DNA of 64,000 bases from Leucoraja erinacea (lineage: Eukaryota): NCBI RefSeq assembly GCF_028641065.1, contig NC_073382.1, positions 57,412,001 through 57,476,000 of the forward strand, written 5' to 3'. This document shows, one piece after another, positions 1 to 12,554 of the stretch. The first letter of the stretch is position 1. Each line of letters starts with the position of its first letter. Both the position numbers and the translations under genes were made by a program. Below the pieces are notes generated by a model, which was not told where the DNA came from, made no database searches, and worked only from the letters and a program-made list of their open reading frames with translations.

Positions 1-130
1 TTACATTGACAATGCAATCTGCACACTGTGGATGGGCCGATTGTATTCACGCATTGTCTTTCCGCTGACTGATTAGAACTGGACAGAAGCTTTTCACTGT
101 ACCTCGGTACACGTGACAATAAACTAAACT
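1..130 (+). mobile_element. 3' tail of short Rex/Babar-like non-LTR element
   Basis: Ends AAGCTTTTCACTGTACCTCGGTACACGTGACAATAAACTAAACT. The same tail recurs at ~7420-7695(+), ~31550-31720(-), ~54480-54545(-), ~54850-54950(-) and ~54990-55225(-). Clade assignment is inference. Confidence 0.55.
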
Positions 131-1946
131 ATTTGTCAAGGTCTGCTGTGCTCCCTTGATATATCCCCATGTGTCCCCATTCCTTGCTGTAAGCTATTAG
201 TAAGATGGTTTGTTAATATTTCAACAATTAAATTTCACTCCAGGCTCTGATCCACTTTTAATGTTTCTGGCACCAGGCGGGGAAGATGCTGACAACAGCG
301 CCGTCTTCAGGGCAACGGCCACCCAATGGAAACCTTTCTTGCATCAATGCATTTGTCAAGTGCCGAGCATGTGGATGATTTACCAGAGCCAGTCTCTTTT
401 TTTTGTGCAAATACTGCGTGAGATTGCAGGGTATTTCACAGATACTACAGCAAATACATTAGGGATATTTAGCAACAGCTCAAAGTATTCATGGCTGTAA
501 CATTATTCTCACATAATGTAGCGAGCTAGTAGATGCTCTCTTTTGTGAAGTTGTAAGATGAGGATTTGGATAATGAATTAGTGCTTTGATTCAGAGTACT
601 AAGTAATAATTTTCAGTTATTTATTATCATTTCAGTAATAACTGCGTCTTAATTACAGATTGATTTCAAAACGGCCAATTTCAGATTATTATTAATACAC
701 TTCCATCTATTCAGTAATTTGCCAGGATTTCCTGTTTTTATTATTGCTGTGACTTAGTTCATGCAACTCTATGAACGATTCCAAAATTAATTATTACATC
801 TAGTAGAGCAAAACCCCATTATCCCTCCCAAGACCGCCCTTACTTGAAGAGACAAAGTCGACCAACTGAGGCGGTGCGTTGTGAACAACCAAACTGTGAA
901 TGTTGGCATCTTGTATTCTCCATGCCACGCTGTTTAGACAAAATGTCTTTCCAGCACTTAACTGTGCGCCGGCAACATGCAGCGGTTGTGTAAATGTGAC
1001 GGGGCTGCCAAGGCCGCTGAGTTACTCCAGCTTTTTGTGTCTATCCAAGGTTTTCCTCTTGGCAGAGCCGATGTCAATCCAGCATCCCGAGCAGACAGAG
1101 CCCAAAACACCGCAGACGCCAAATGTGTGGGATATGGAGGGAGGGCAGGAACAACACTGGCAGCTGAAAGATTCAGTTTATCCTCAGCAAGGAAGCCCCG
1201 GACCTTAGGAATATTTAATTTTGACTTCTGCCTGTGTTATCTTGTGTTACTAACAGATGAATTGTAATTCGCAGTTCTGAGGAGATTGCAAAAAAAACCC
1301 CACAAACAACGCCGTCTGCAACAGCTGCATGAAACACGGCGTTTAATCTTCTCTGAGGCTTCATGGAAATTTGTCACCGTTCTCTTTTATCACATCCACA
1401 ACGGCCGTTTACAATAGCTGCCACTATTGGCCAGGGATAAACTCACTTTCTTAAGAAGGAGGAAAATCCGGAGATTTTGGGGGCTATTGATAAACCTTGT
1501 GCTTCTTCTCCACAAAAGACTGATGACTCCGGCAAGCTTGGGAGACTGCAGAAAATGGGATTGACTTGGTGCTTAAATCTCAGTGAACCAGGGCAGCATA
1601 AGTAATTAGTGAATTGGATCCATACCGGGGTGCTAATGATGCCTAATACAGCCCAGCATTGGTCTAACACTCATAAGATGCACATCCATCTCACTCAGAT
1701 AGAATGCAAGAAGCCATAGTACAGGTGAGCACATGAAGATTTATTTCTCATGTAGCATATATTACCCTTCCCTTACCCCTACTGCACTGCATTCCCTTCC
1801 CCCAACCACCCCCCAAAATTCTAACTAGCTGAAACAGCTGGGCAACACTGAACACTATGGGATGGGGGGGCTGTTCCTTTTGGGGCTTCATTATGACAAC
1901 TTCTGCTGCTATTTTTAAATGAAGTATTAAATGGTATTTTTTTAAT

Positions 1947-2240
1947 GGGCGGCATATTGGCGCAGGAGTACAGTTGCTGTCTTACAGCACCAGAAACCCG
2001 GGTTCAATCCTGACTACGGGTGCTGTATGTACAGAGTTTGTACATTCTCCCCGTGACCGCATGGGTTTTCCCCGGTGTCCTCCAACATTCCAAACATGTA
2101 CAGGTTTGTAAGTTAATTGGCTTTGGCAAATATTGTAAATTGTCCCTAGTGTGTAGTATGTGCTAAGGTACGCTGGTTGGCATAGACTCGGTGGGCCGAA
2201 GGGCCTGTTTCCGCGCTGTATCTCCAAACTACAAAAACTA
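1947..2240 (+). mobile_element. tRNA-derived HE1-like V-SINE, full length
   Basis: A-box-like TGGCGCAGGAGT, B-box GGTTCAATCC, central domain, and a CR1-like tail GGGCCGAAGGGCCTGTTTCCGCGCTGTATCTC followed by (AAACT)n. Confidence 0.85.
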
Positions 2241-3129
2241 GTAATTGGAAGCAACCATATATTTATCTTAGTTTGCTGTTCTCAGTAATGCCAGACAATA
2301 AGAAAACCAGAAGATAGACACAAATGCTGGAGTAACTCAACAGGTCAGGCAGCATCTCCAGAGAAAAGGAATAGGTGAGGTTTTGAAATCCATCTTAAGA
2401 CTGAGAGTCGGGGGGAGGGAAATTAGAGGTATGAGTTGAGCTGATGAGCTTTAGAGAGGTCAAACTCAACTCAAAATGGACCTAACGACCTGCCCTTAAG
2501 GAAAATTAAAATGCATGAGATGCCAGTTTGAAATTTCATGAAGGATATGTTTCTCGATTTAAACCTTCCTAATCCTGTCTCAGTAATACGGAAGACTAAA
2601 ATAAACCAAGAAGAATTTAATGTCATGCAGTAGCAGTGGCAGGGAAAGCTGCGACTGCCAATGAGAGAAATTCAAAGTACTAATTTCTGCAGAGAATTTA
2701 ACCCTCTTCAGCTATATTTTTCCCAAAAGGGTATCGGGGGAAAGTTTAGTGATGTGGTTAACACTTTGTCAAACTGATCAGATTCTGATTGAAGTGATGT
2801 TAAATGATTTTATAAACATGTTCTTATCAGAAACAAGTTTCAAAGTGATCATTTTGAACTGGTGCCATATGAAATCCAAAGTTATCAACATAGGCAGATT
2901 GAAGGTTGTGGAATATTGCAGTGTTAGGAGTTAGATTTCTTTGCAGAACCTTTGGTGTACTTGCAGATATTTTCTGCATTTCATTTTTTCAATTGCACTG
3001 GTATCCTTGTCGGATTTTTCAAAGGCGTGATGAAATAAAATGAGATGAAACACTCCGAGATAATATTCCAGATTATTACTTAAACATGGTGTCAGGGAAA
3101 ATAAAGAGTGTCCTGATTCCTTCCCGATT

Positions 3130-3890
3130 CCAACCTCGAGACATTCAAAGCACTTTACGACCAAAGAAATACCCCTGAAACATCGGCACTGTTGGTGCAG
3201 TCGATGTGTACACAGCAAGATCCCACAGCCAGCAATGAGATAATGACCAGCTAATCGCCTATTGTAATGCAGAATGATGAATGGCTTTGGCCAGTTCGCT
3301 GAGCATATAATCCCCCATGTGCATTCAGAGTCATGTCATTTGGACGTTTTGAGAAAGAAGGCAACGCTTCTTTAAGCTTTGCCACCTTTGGCGGCCCAGT
3401 GTCTCAGCTGGCAAACGGGCTGCCTCATAGCGCCAGAGACCCGGGTGTGATCCTGAACTCAGGTGCTGTCTGTGTGCATTTTGCACGATCTCCCTGCTAC
3501 CGGGTGCACATCCCAAACACGTGTGGGTTTGAAGGTTAATTGGCCCTCGGAAAATTGCCCCTAGTGTGTAGGGAGTGGATGAGAAAGTGTGGTAACATAG
3601 AAGTAAGGTCAATGGGTATAAACATAAAATGCTGGAGTAATCCTGGGTCAGGCAGCATCTCTGGAGAAAAGGAATAGGTGGCATTTCGGGTCGGAACCCC
3701 TCTTCAGTGAAAACGGGTGGCTGGCATGGACTTAGTAGACTGAGGGGCCTGCTTCCATGCTGTATCTCTAAAGTAAACTAAACATCTCATCAAAATGATA
3801 TCACCTTCCCCCCCACCCCACTATCACATCATTTTTCCTAATCAAATCTGCAAAGTGGGTCTTCCTCAGACTGACAGAGTTACTATGAAC
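3130..3890 (-). mobile_element. Ancient Deu-domain SINE relic (SacSINE1/AmnSINE-like), interrupted by a younger SINE
   Basis: CAAAGCACTTTAC...CACAGCAAGATCCCACAGCCAGCAATGAGATAATGACCAG resembles the reverse complement of the Deu-SINE 3' region. It resumes at ~3780 (AACATCTCATC). Confidence 0.55.
3388..3782 (+). mobile_element. HE1-like SINE with nested Penelope-derived half element (~3610-3710)
   Basis: SINE head and tail motifs. Internal ATGCTGGAGTAA...CAGCATCTCTGGAGAAAAGGAATAGG...TTTCGGGTCGGAACCCCTCTTCAG. Confidence 0.75.
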
Positions 3891-4116
3891 AGCAACAGTA
3901 TAAGCTTTATAAGCTTTAGGTGAGAGTAAGCCATTTACAATAAAGGTTCACAATGAGACCCTGGGAACAAGTGACCCATCTCATATCTTGGAAGTCATCT
4001 CTCTGCGAAGGCCGACATCAATGACAGGCCTCACCTCACCACAGCCTTCGCTGCACACACGCAGCCTCTGGTCAATTGCGGTGAAAGGATTTCAAGACCT
4101 CGGTGTGTAGGAATGA

Positions 4117-5240
4117 ACTGCCTGCACGCATACCATAACCCTCCATTCCCTTCTCATCCATATGCCAATCCAATTTATTTTTAAATGATACCAATGAACC
4201 TGCCTCCACCACTTCCACTGGAAGCTCATTCCGCACCGCTACAACTCTCTGAGTAAAGAAGTTCCACCTCATGTTACCCCTAAACTTCTGTCCCTTAATT
4301 CTGAAGTCATGTCCTCTTGTTTGAATCTTCCCTATTCTCAAAGGGAAAAGCTTGTCCACATCAACTCTGTCTATCCCTCTCATCATTTTAAAGACCTCTA
4401 TCAAGTCCCCCCTTAACCTTCTGCGCTCCAGAGAATAAAGACCTAACTTATTCAACCTATCCCTGTAACTTAGTTGTTGAAACCCAGGCAACATTCTAGT
4501 AAATCTCGTCTGTACTCTCTCTATTTTGTTGACATCCTTCCTATAATTGGGCGACCAAAATTGTACACCATACTCCAGATTTGGTCTCTCACCAATGCCT
4601 TGTACAATTTTAACATTACATCCCAGCTTCTATACTCAATGCTCTGATTTATAAAGGCTAGCATACCAAAAGCTTTCTTTACCACCCTATCTATATGAGA
4701 TTCCACCTTCAAAGAACTATGCACGGTTATTCCCAGATCCCTCTGTTCAACTGTATTCTTCAATTCCCTACCATTTACCATGTACGTCCTATTTTGATTT
4801 GTCCTGCCAAGGTGTAGCACCTCACATTTATCAGCATTAAACTCCATCTGCCATCTTTCAGCCCATTTTTCCAAATGGCCTAAATCACTCTGTAGACTTT
4901 GGAAATCCTCTTCATTATCCACAACACCCCCTATCTTGGTATCATCTGCATACTTACTAATCCAATTTACCACACCTTCATCCAGATCATTGATGTACAT
5001 GACAAACAACAAAGGACCCAACACAGATCCCTGAGGCACCCCACTAGTCACCTGCCTCCAACCCGATAAACAGCCATCCACCATTACCCTCTGGCTTCTC
5101 CCATTCAGCCACTGTTGAATCCATCTTGCTATTCCTGCATTTATACCCAACAGTTGAACCTTCTTAACCAACCTTCCATGAGGAACCTTGTCAAAGGCCT
5201 TACTAAAGTCCATATAGACAACATCCACTGCTTTACCCTC
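4117..5240 (-). mobile_element. CR1-clade LINE fragment, reverse transcriptase C-terminal half
   Basis: ORF 4521-5228 has DFSKAFDKVPH, GVPQGSVLGP and YADD. The frameshifted ORF 4072-4494 has LERRRLRGDLIEVFK...FFTQRVV. Confidence 0.95.
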
Positions 5241-5547
5241 GTACTGCTATACCAAAGACACAAAGTGCTGGAGCAACTCAACAGGTCAGTCTGCATCTCT
5301 GGAGAAAGGGAATAGGTGGCAATTCAGGTCAGAACCCTTCTTCAGACAGAGATTTACGAGTTGGGTGGGGGGGGGATTAGCCTCAGTTTGCTGACGTCAG
5401 TCCTGGCACTAAACCATGTTAAACCAGGCGCCGATGAACCATGTCCTTTAGTGAGTTTCTGAGACCTGGACTATCTACAGCAGACAACTCAAGCCAATGG
5501 AAAAGTTAACCACCAATTCACAAGAAGAACAACTATAGCAAGATCAG

Positions 5548-5684
5548 ACACAATATGCTGCATCTCAGCATAACTGTTGACTTGCTCCAGCATTCTGTGA
5601 GCCACTGATTTACTACAGCATTTTGTGTGACCTGCTGAGTTACTCCGGTATTTTTGAACCAGCATCTGCAGCTCCTTCATGCAC
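5548..5684. mobile_element. Penelope-derived mini-insertion with 13-bp TSD
   Basis: ATAGCAAGATCAG at 5535-5547 and 5685-5697 flanks GAGTTACTCC...AACCAGCATCTGCAG sequence inside the RTE fossil. Confidence 0.7.
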
Positions 5685-5904
5685 ATAGCAAGATCAGTGT
5701 CCTCTCCCAGGGCAATGGTCCCTGGACTCAGGTCCTCATTACTCTCAATCATCGTTTATGTGCCCAACACCAAATTCCCAAAACGGACACTCTATTTCAA
5801 GCTCTGCCAAAGGAAGAGATTACCAGGCAGTCAGAGGAATAGATTTAGGGATATGCTCAAAGCTTCCTTAAATAAATGCACCATCCACGCTGACTTTTTT
5901 GATT

Positions 5905-6535
5905 GAAAGATACAGCATGGAAACAGGCCCTTTGGCCACCCAGTCGATCGATCTCTGGTTCACCTTAGTTCTATGTTATTTCACTTTTGCAACCACTTCA
6001 TACACGTGAGGGGCAATTTACAGAGGCCAATTAACCTACAAATCCACGTGTTTAGATTAGTTTAGTGTAGAGATACGGTGAAGAAACAGGCCATTCAGCC
6101 CACCGAGTACGCACCGCCAGCAATGCCCATACACTAACACTATCCTACACACTAGGAACAACTTACAATCTTTACCAAAGCCAATTAATCTACAAACCTG
6201 TATGTCTGGAGTGTGGGAGCATAGAAGTAATGTCAACAGGTATAAACATAAAATGCTGGAGTAATCCTGGGTCAGGCAACATCTCTGGAGAAAAGGAATA
6301 GGTGGCATTTCGGGTCGGAACCTGTGGCCAGGATTGAACCCAGGTCTCTGGCACTGTAAGGCAGTAACTATCCCTGTGCCACCCACCTTTGGGATAAGGG
6401 AGGAACTGGAGCAGCTTATGGAAACTCACACGGTCACAGGGAAAACATGCAAACTCCACTCAGACACGAGATCGGAATTGAACCGGGGTCTCTGATACTG
6501 TGAGGCAGCAGCTCTACCAGCTGCATCACTGTGAT
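5905..6535 (-). mobile_element. Cluster of nested HE1-like SINE pieces
   Basis: Reverse-complement SINE tails (ATACAGCATGGAAACAGGCCC; TTAGTTTAG) and heads (GAACCCAGGTCTCTGGCACTGTAAGGCAG). Confidence 0.75.
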
Positions 6536-7694
6536 CTTCAAACAGAGGAGAAACATCCCAGATGGTATTTAGTCCATGAATTTGGAGTTCACAGTAGCCA
6601 GAATAGGTGGCAGAAGGAGCAGACCACCCCACAACTTACCCACGCACTCCATCAGTTATTCTCTGGCCCTTCTATGTAACGGTTTGTTAATCCAACATCA
6701 GCCACCTCAAGAACATAGAACATAGAATTTGCAGGCAGATTAAGAGATGGTTTTGGCATCATGTTCAGCACAGACATTATGGGCCGAAGGGCCTGTTCCT
6801 GTGCTGTACCATTCTCTATTATGTTCTATGTTCCATAGAACAGCATGGCGCATGAACAGACCCTTTGGCCCACAACATCTCTGCTAAACATGATATCAAG
6901 ATAAAGGTAGGAAATGCAGATGCTAGTTTATACTGAAGATATTGCACATAATTCATATTCCTCCATTCCCCGTTTATCTATGTGTCCATCTAAAAGCCTC
7001 TTAACTGCCACTATCATATCTGTCTGAAAAATCAGGGTGGAGGCAAGTCATCCATGATCCTGAAGGACTTAGATGAAAACAAGAATAACTTGTCCCTCAT
7101 ATGTCTTATTCTAATTCGATTTGTCTTCAAAGCATTGAAGTTAAATACTTTAATCATTTGCTCTCTAAATGTTTAAAGCAATTAATATGGAGTGGTCTCT
7201 CACCCACCCTCAGTCTGAAGAAGGGTTCCTACATGAAACATCAGCTGTTCATTTTCTCCAGAGATGTTGCCTGTCCCGCTGAGTTACACCCAGCACTTTA
7301 TGTCTATCTTTGTTATAAACTAGCATGCGAGTTCCTTCCTACACATTTTCTCTCACCCACCTACCCCTACCACCCCAACAGAGAACATTGAAAAGCAATT
7401 CAGATAACGTTACAATCCACAAACAACAGCCAGATTGTTATGTATTTCCACTGGTTGGTTAGCATGCAACAAAAGATTTTCACTGGAGAGAAGGAATGGA
7501 TGTCTTTTCAGGTCGAGACCTTTCTTCAGATGTCTGAAACGTCACGTCATCCATTCCTTCTCTCCAGAGATAGTGTCTGTCCCGCTGGGTTACTCCAGCA
7601 TTTAGTGTCTATCTTTGGTTTAAACCAGCATCTGCAGTTCCTTCCTACTCAAAAGCTTTTCACTGTAGCTCGGTACACGTGACAATAAAATCAA

Positions 7695-8090
7695 CTCCAC
7701 TCCACCCCTCCCAAGTCAGGCTCTGCCCTTCGCCCACATAGCCTCCCCCCTCCAACCACACCTCCCCTTCCCCATCCTGCCTCTGCTCTCTCTCCCCCCA
7801 CAGCCCCTCCCCCCCCCCATCCTGCCATCCCCTCCCCCCCCCACCACGTCTCCCCTCCCCATCCTCTCCCCTCTTCCCCACACAGCCTCCCCTCCCCATC
7901 CTTTCCCCCACCCCCCACACAGCCTCCCCTCCCCCATCTTGCCTCCCCTCTCTCTCCCCCACACAGACTCCCCTCTCTCCCCCATCTGCCTCCCCTCTGT
8001 CCCCATCTTGCCTCCCCTCTCTCTCCCTCACACAGCCTCCCCTCCCACAAACAGCCTCCCCTCCCCTATCCTGCCTCCCCTCACTCCAGC
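7695..8090. repeat. C-rich degenerate minisatellite (G-quadruplex-prone on the minus strand)
   Basis: Repeated ~35-45-bp units like CACAGCCTCCCCTCCCCATCCTGCCTCCCCTCTCTCTCCCCC. Confidence 0.85.
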
Positions 8091-8849
8091 CCGAGCTGCG
8101 CTCAGTCACCTGGCACCGTTCCCCTCAGAGTCAAGCCTTTCTCACACATTGCACGGATCTACAAGGATGACTAAGATTCTGTTTGCTCTCAGCTGTGATA
8201 TCTGTGACCTGCCATGACCATTTGAGATTACACAATATACTTGCAGTTGGAGCTGAAGTTATATTTGTGCCACGGTGTTGGAACGGACAAGATGCGCTCT
8301 GGTGAATAAAGCAACAGCTCCAACTGCCCCGACCCATGGCTCCATCCGTTTTCCATTAAACTGTTTTAATAGAAATCTGTAAATCTTTCAGAATTTCAAG
8401 GTTTCAGAAGGCTTTCAAGAAAACCAGTTAAACGCACAAAAAATAACCCATTTAAAGGACCCTTGGTGGATCCAAAATTATATATGACATAAAAGGCATC
8501 TCTTGCGACAGTTCAATTATATTAATTTTTAATTCTATAATTTCCATATAATAATGTATCAATAATTGGTAAGAAGCAAAATTTGCAGATCACTGTTTAA
8601 CTCACAATTGCTCTTTACAGTATTTATTTTTAATGCGTGATGGCATTGATTCGTTATAAATGTTGTGTGGGAAGAGGAAGCAGAGAGGACAACAGATGAA
8701 AGAAGTTTAGGTGGATTACAGCCTAGTTCCAGGCTGATGGGCTACATAACGGGGGACGCTCTTATTTACGGGATGTTCCCACGGACGAAACACGGAGACG
8801 GACAACAAGTGTGGCTGGAAGACCATCAATACAGTGAAAGAATTGTTGG

Positions 8850-9630
8850 TTACCCAGAAACCAACTTACACAGTGAACAGTAGTGCTCTGCGGAGTGTTG
8901 CAAAGCAAAGGGACCAAGCAGTACAGGTACATGGTTCGTTGAAAGTGGCATCACAGGTAGATAGAGTAGTCAAAAAAACGACTATCTTTAGTAGTCACAT
9001 CGGCATTCTTTCAGTCAGAATATTGAGAATAGGAGTTGGGAGGTCATGTTGCAGTTGCATAAGATTGGTGAGGCCGCATTTAGAGTATTGTGTTCAGTTT
9101 TGGGCATCATGTTATAGGAAAAAATGTTGTCAAGCTGGAAAGGGTACAGAAAAGATTTAAGAGGATGTTGCCAGGACTCGATGGCCTGATTTATAGGGAG
9201 AGGTTGAGCAGGTTATGACTCTATTGCTTGGAGAGCAGGAGGATGAGGGGTGATTTTATAGACGTGTACAAAATCATGAGAGGAATAGATTGGAGAGACA
9301 CACAGTCTCTTGCCAAGAGTAGGGGAATCGGGAACGATGGACATAGGTTTAGGTGAGGGGGGAAAGATTTACTAGTAACCTGAGGGATAATTTTTCCACA
9401 CAAAGGGTGGTGGGTATATGGAACGAGCTGCCAGAGGAGGTAGTTGAGGCAGGTAGTATTGCATCATTTAAGAAACATTTAGATAGGTGCATGGATTGGA
9501 CAGGTTTAGAGGGATATGGGCCAAAGGCAGGCAGGTGGATCTAGTGTAGATGGAACATGTTGGCCTGTGTGGGCAAGTTGGGCCGAAAAACCTGTTTCTG
9601 TGCTGTATAACTCTATGACTCTATGACTCC
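8850..9630 (+). mobile_element. CR1/HER1-type LINE 3' fragment
   Basis: LVRPHLEYCVQFW and FSTQRVVGIWNELPEEVV motifs; (ACTCTATG)n tail at ~9610-9630. Confidence 0.9.
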
Positions 9631-10276
9631 ATAACAGTGAGATGTCGCAGGGGATGTCGCAGTCCACTGGCCCGCTCCAGACTGCAGGAGTACATGCTGA
9701 GGGATGCACCGAACATTAGTGGAGCCAACGACAAGGCTCTGTGGGGGAGGAGCACAGTCTAGGGTCCTTTCGCTGTGTGACATTGAAGGTCTTAGTCTAA
9801 ACAAAGGAAAATTATTGGAAAGGGTGTTTTGTGTAAAGACAGGTGTGAACACTACTGAGTATGACACTATTGAATGTATAGACATTGAGAATCAGACTGA
9901 AGAAGGGTTTCGGCCTGAAATGTTACCTATCTCCTTCGCTCCATAGATGCTGCTGCACCCGCTGAGTTCCTCCAGCATTTTTGTGTACCATACAATTTAT
10001 ACACATCTGTTGCAAAAGCGTTGGTCTGGTACAGAAATGGTGGTCTATTACAAAGTGTACGAAATACCTAGAGAGTTTACAGGACAGATGCAGGGAGAGT
10101 TAAGAGTCCAGCAGTCAGGATCACAGTCTTAAAATAAAGGGTATATTTAGGACTGAAATGCATAGAGCTTCCTACATTCAGAGATTGGCCTTGTCTTTGG
10201 AATTCTCTTACCAAAAGGGCTGCATATGCTCAGTCTCTGATTGGACTTGGAACCAAGACTGATGGGTTTCTGGATA

Positions 10277-11605
10277 TTGGATAGCAGTAGCAGGATTTGG
10301 ATAGCAGTAGCAGGATCAGTCCGAGTCAGCATGGATTTACGAGGGGGAAATCATGCTTGACTAATCTTCTGGAATTTTTTGAGAATGTAAACAGGATAAT
10401 GGATAAGGGAAAGCCAGTGGATGTGATGTATCTGGACTTTCAGAAAGCATTTGATAAGGTCCCACATAGGAGATTAATGGGCAAAATTAGAGCACATGGT
10501 ATTGGGGGTAGGGTGTTGACATGGATAGAAAATTGGTTGGCAGACAGGAAACAAATAGGAATTAACGATTCCCTTTCAGAATGGCAGGCAGTGACTAGTG
10601 GGGTTACGGCAAGGCTCGGTGCTGGGACCACAGCTATTTATAATATAAATGATTTGGATAAAGGGATTAAAAGTAACATTAGCAAATTTGCAGATAACAC
10701 AAAGCTGGGTGGCAGTGTGAACTGTGAGGAAGATGCTATGAGAATGCAGGGTGACTTGGACAGGTTGGGTGAGTGGGCAGATGCAAGGCAGATGTAGTTT
10801 AATGTGGATAAATGTGAGGTTATCCACTTTGATATCAAAAACAGGAAAGCAGTTTACTACCTAAATGGTGTCAAGTTGGGAAAAGGGGAAGTACAGCGGG
10901 GTCTGGGGGGTCCTTGTTCATCAGTCAATGAAAGTAATCATGCAGGTGCAGCAGGCAGTGAAGAAAGCGAATGGCTTGTTGACCTTTATAACAAGAGAAG
11001 TTGAGTATAGGAGCAAAAAGGTCCCTCTGCAGTTGTTTGGGCTCTAGTGAGACCACACCTGGAGTATTGAGTGCAGTTTTGATCCCATAATTTGAGGAAG
11101 GGCATTCTTGCTATTGGGGAAGTGCAGCGTAGGTTTACAAGGTTAATTCGCGGGATGGCGGGACTGTCGTATGCTGAGAGAATGGAGCGGCTGGTCTGGA
11201 GTTTAGAAGGATGAGGGGATCTTATTGAAACATTTAAGATTATTAAGGGTTGGACACGCTAGAGGCAGGAAACATGTTCCCGATGTTGGGGGAGTCCAGA
11301 ACCAGGGGCCATAGTTTACGAATAAGGGGTAAGCTATTTAGAACGGAGACGAGGAAACATTTTTTCTCACAGAGAGTTGTGAGTGCGTGGAATTCTCTGC
11401 CTCAGTGGAGGCCGGATCTCTGGATACTTTCAAGAGAGAGCTAGATAGAGCTCTTAAAGATAGCAGAGTCAGGGGATATGGGGAGAAGGCAGGAACGGGG
11501 TACTGATTGGGGATGAACAGCCATGATCACATTGAATGGCGGTGCTGTCTCGAAGGGCCGAATGGCCTACTCCTGCACCTATTGTCTATTGTCTATTGTC
11601 TATTG
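10277..11605 (+). mobile_element. CR1-clade LINE, 5'-truncated, inserted in an older CR1 tail (~10040-11750)
   Basis: ORF 10297-10797 has SQHGF..GKSCLTNL, YLDFQKAFDKVPH and FADN. (ATTGTCT)n tail; TATTG at both ends (10275-10279, 11601-11605). Confidence 0.93.
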
Positions 11606-12554
11606 AAAGGTTTAGAGGGATATGGGCCAAATGTGGGCAGGTGCGACTAGTGGAAACGGGGCATCTTGGTCGTCATTGGCTAGTTGGGCTGAAGGGCCTG
11701 TTTCCATGATGTATGACTTTATGACCTACCCCTGCTCCTATTTCTTATGTTTTTACACTGTGGGTTTAATTTAGGTCATTCTATTTCAGGACCCAGGTAA
11801 TTCTGATAGCTGGCAAATCAACAGAATAGTGGCCACATTGATTTTCATCCACATGAGGGTGAACAGGCAGCACCATGTTAAAGAATTTCTTGACAAGTGT
11901 ATTTTGTTAAAAAAAAACTGGGCTGGATCTGCAGTTCAAGGTTATAATGTGATCCCAGAATCTTTAAAGAAACTTTTGTTGATGCCCCAGTTTATTGGTT
12001 TGCTGGTTAATTGCTGAATATTTACACAAAAAAGTGGGAGATGAAAGACAATTCATGAAGGAATGTGATGATTCTCAGGCTAGTGGATTAGTAAAAGGCC
12101 CACATTTAATCCCCACTTTGTGCAGAGCCAAGTGGCATCAGTCAGCATAGTGATAGGGACACTGGAATTAACTTGAGCTATCATGGATTAGGGAGGGAAA
12201 GCTGGCCAGGATTCCTGCTTTGATCACTATCCACAGCTAGAACTCTGGGGACTTTGAGATGGGAAGGGGGCTGATTTAGCACTGACACCAAGGATCACTT
12301 ATCAATGAAATACCGGGCAGTTGGGCATATTAGCCTGGTGCATCCAGAACTTGTGAACCGAATGAAAGTAAAGAGCCATTGACTCCAAAACAAGACCACA
12401 TTGAGAAGGGAATGGTGGACAAGAAATTCCCTCATCAGTTTTTAATTAGTCATTTATTAAACAAAGGCATGCACGATAACTTATGTTTTAGCAATTGAGG
12501 GAATGAATGTTTACTCACTTTTCCCCAAAACAAAATTAAGGAGAACAAAATCAG

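Larger units (their letters stand above)
3920..7090 (+). mobile_element. Fragmented RTE (BovB-like) LINE 3' fossil
   Basis: Collinear pieces at ~3920-4100, 5390-5530, 5685-5895 (PNTKFPKRTLYFKLCQRKRLPGSQRNRFRDMLKASLNKC, RTE C-terminal-like), 6590-6715 and 7030-7090 (GGAGGCAAGTCATCC...GATCCTGAAGGACT, 3' end). Confidence 0.7.

Noticed and set aside
900-1267. Possible exon after TTTTCCTCTTGGCAG (~1065)
   Set aside because: No convincing donor and no recognisable protein in any frame; the upstream part includes a repeat fragment (1014-1045).
1947-2020. tRNA genes at A/B-box sequences
   Set aside because: They are SINE heads continuing into SINE body and LINE-like tail; no complete cloverleaf.
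7660-8217. Gly/Glu/Arg-rich ORFs
   Set aside because: Low-complexity minisatellite that simply lacks stop codons.
12060-12330. Faint similarity to an old SINE (GGGAGGGAAAGCTGGCCAGGATTCCTGCTTTGATCACTATCCA)
   Set aside because: Too decayed to assign a family or boundaries without an HMM search.
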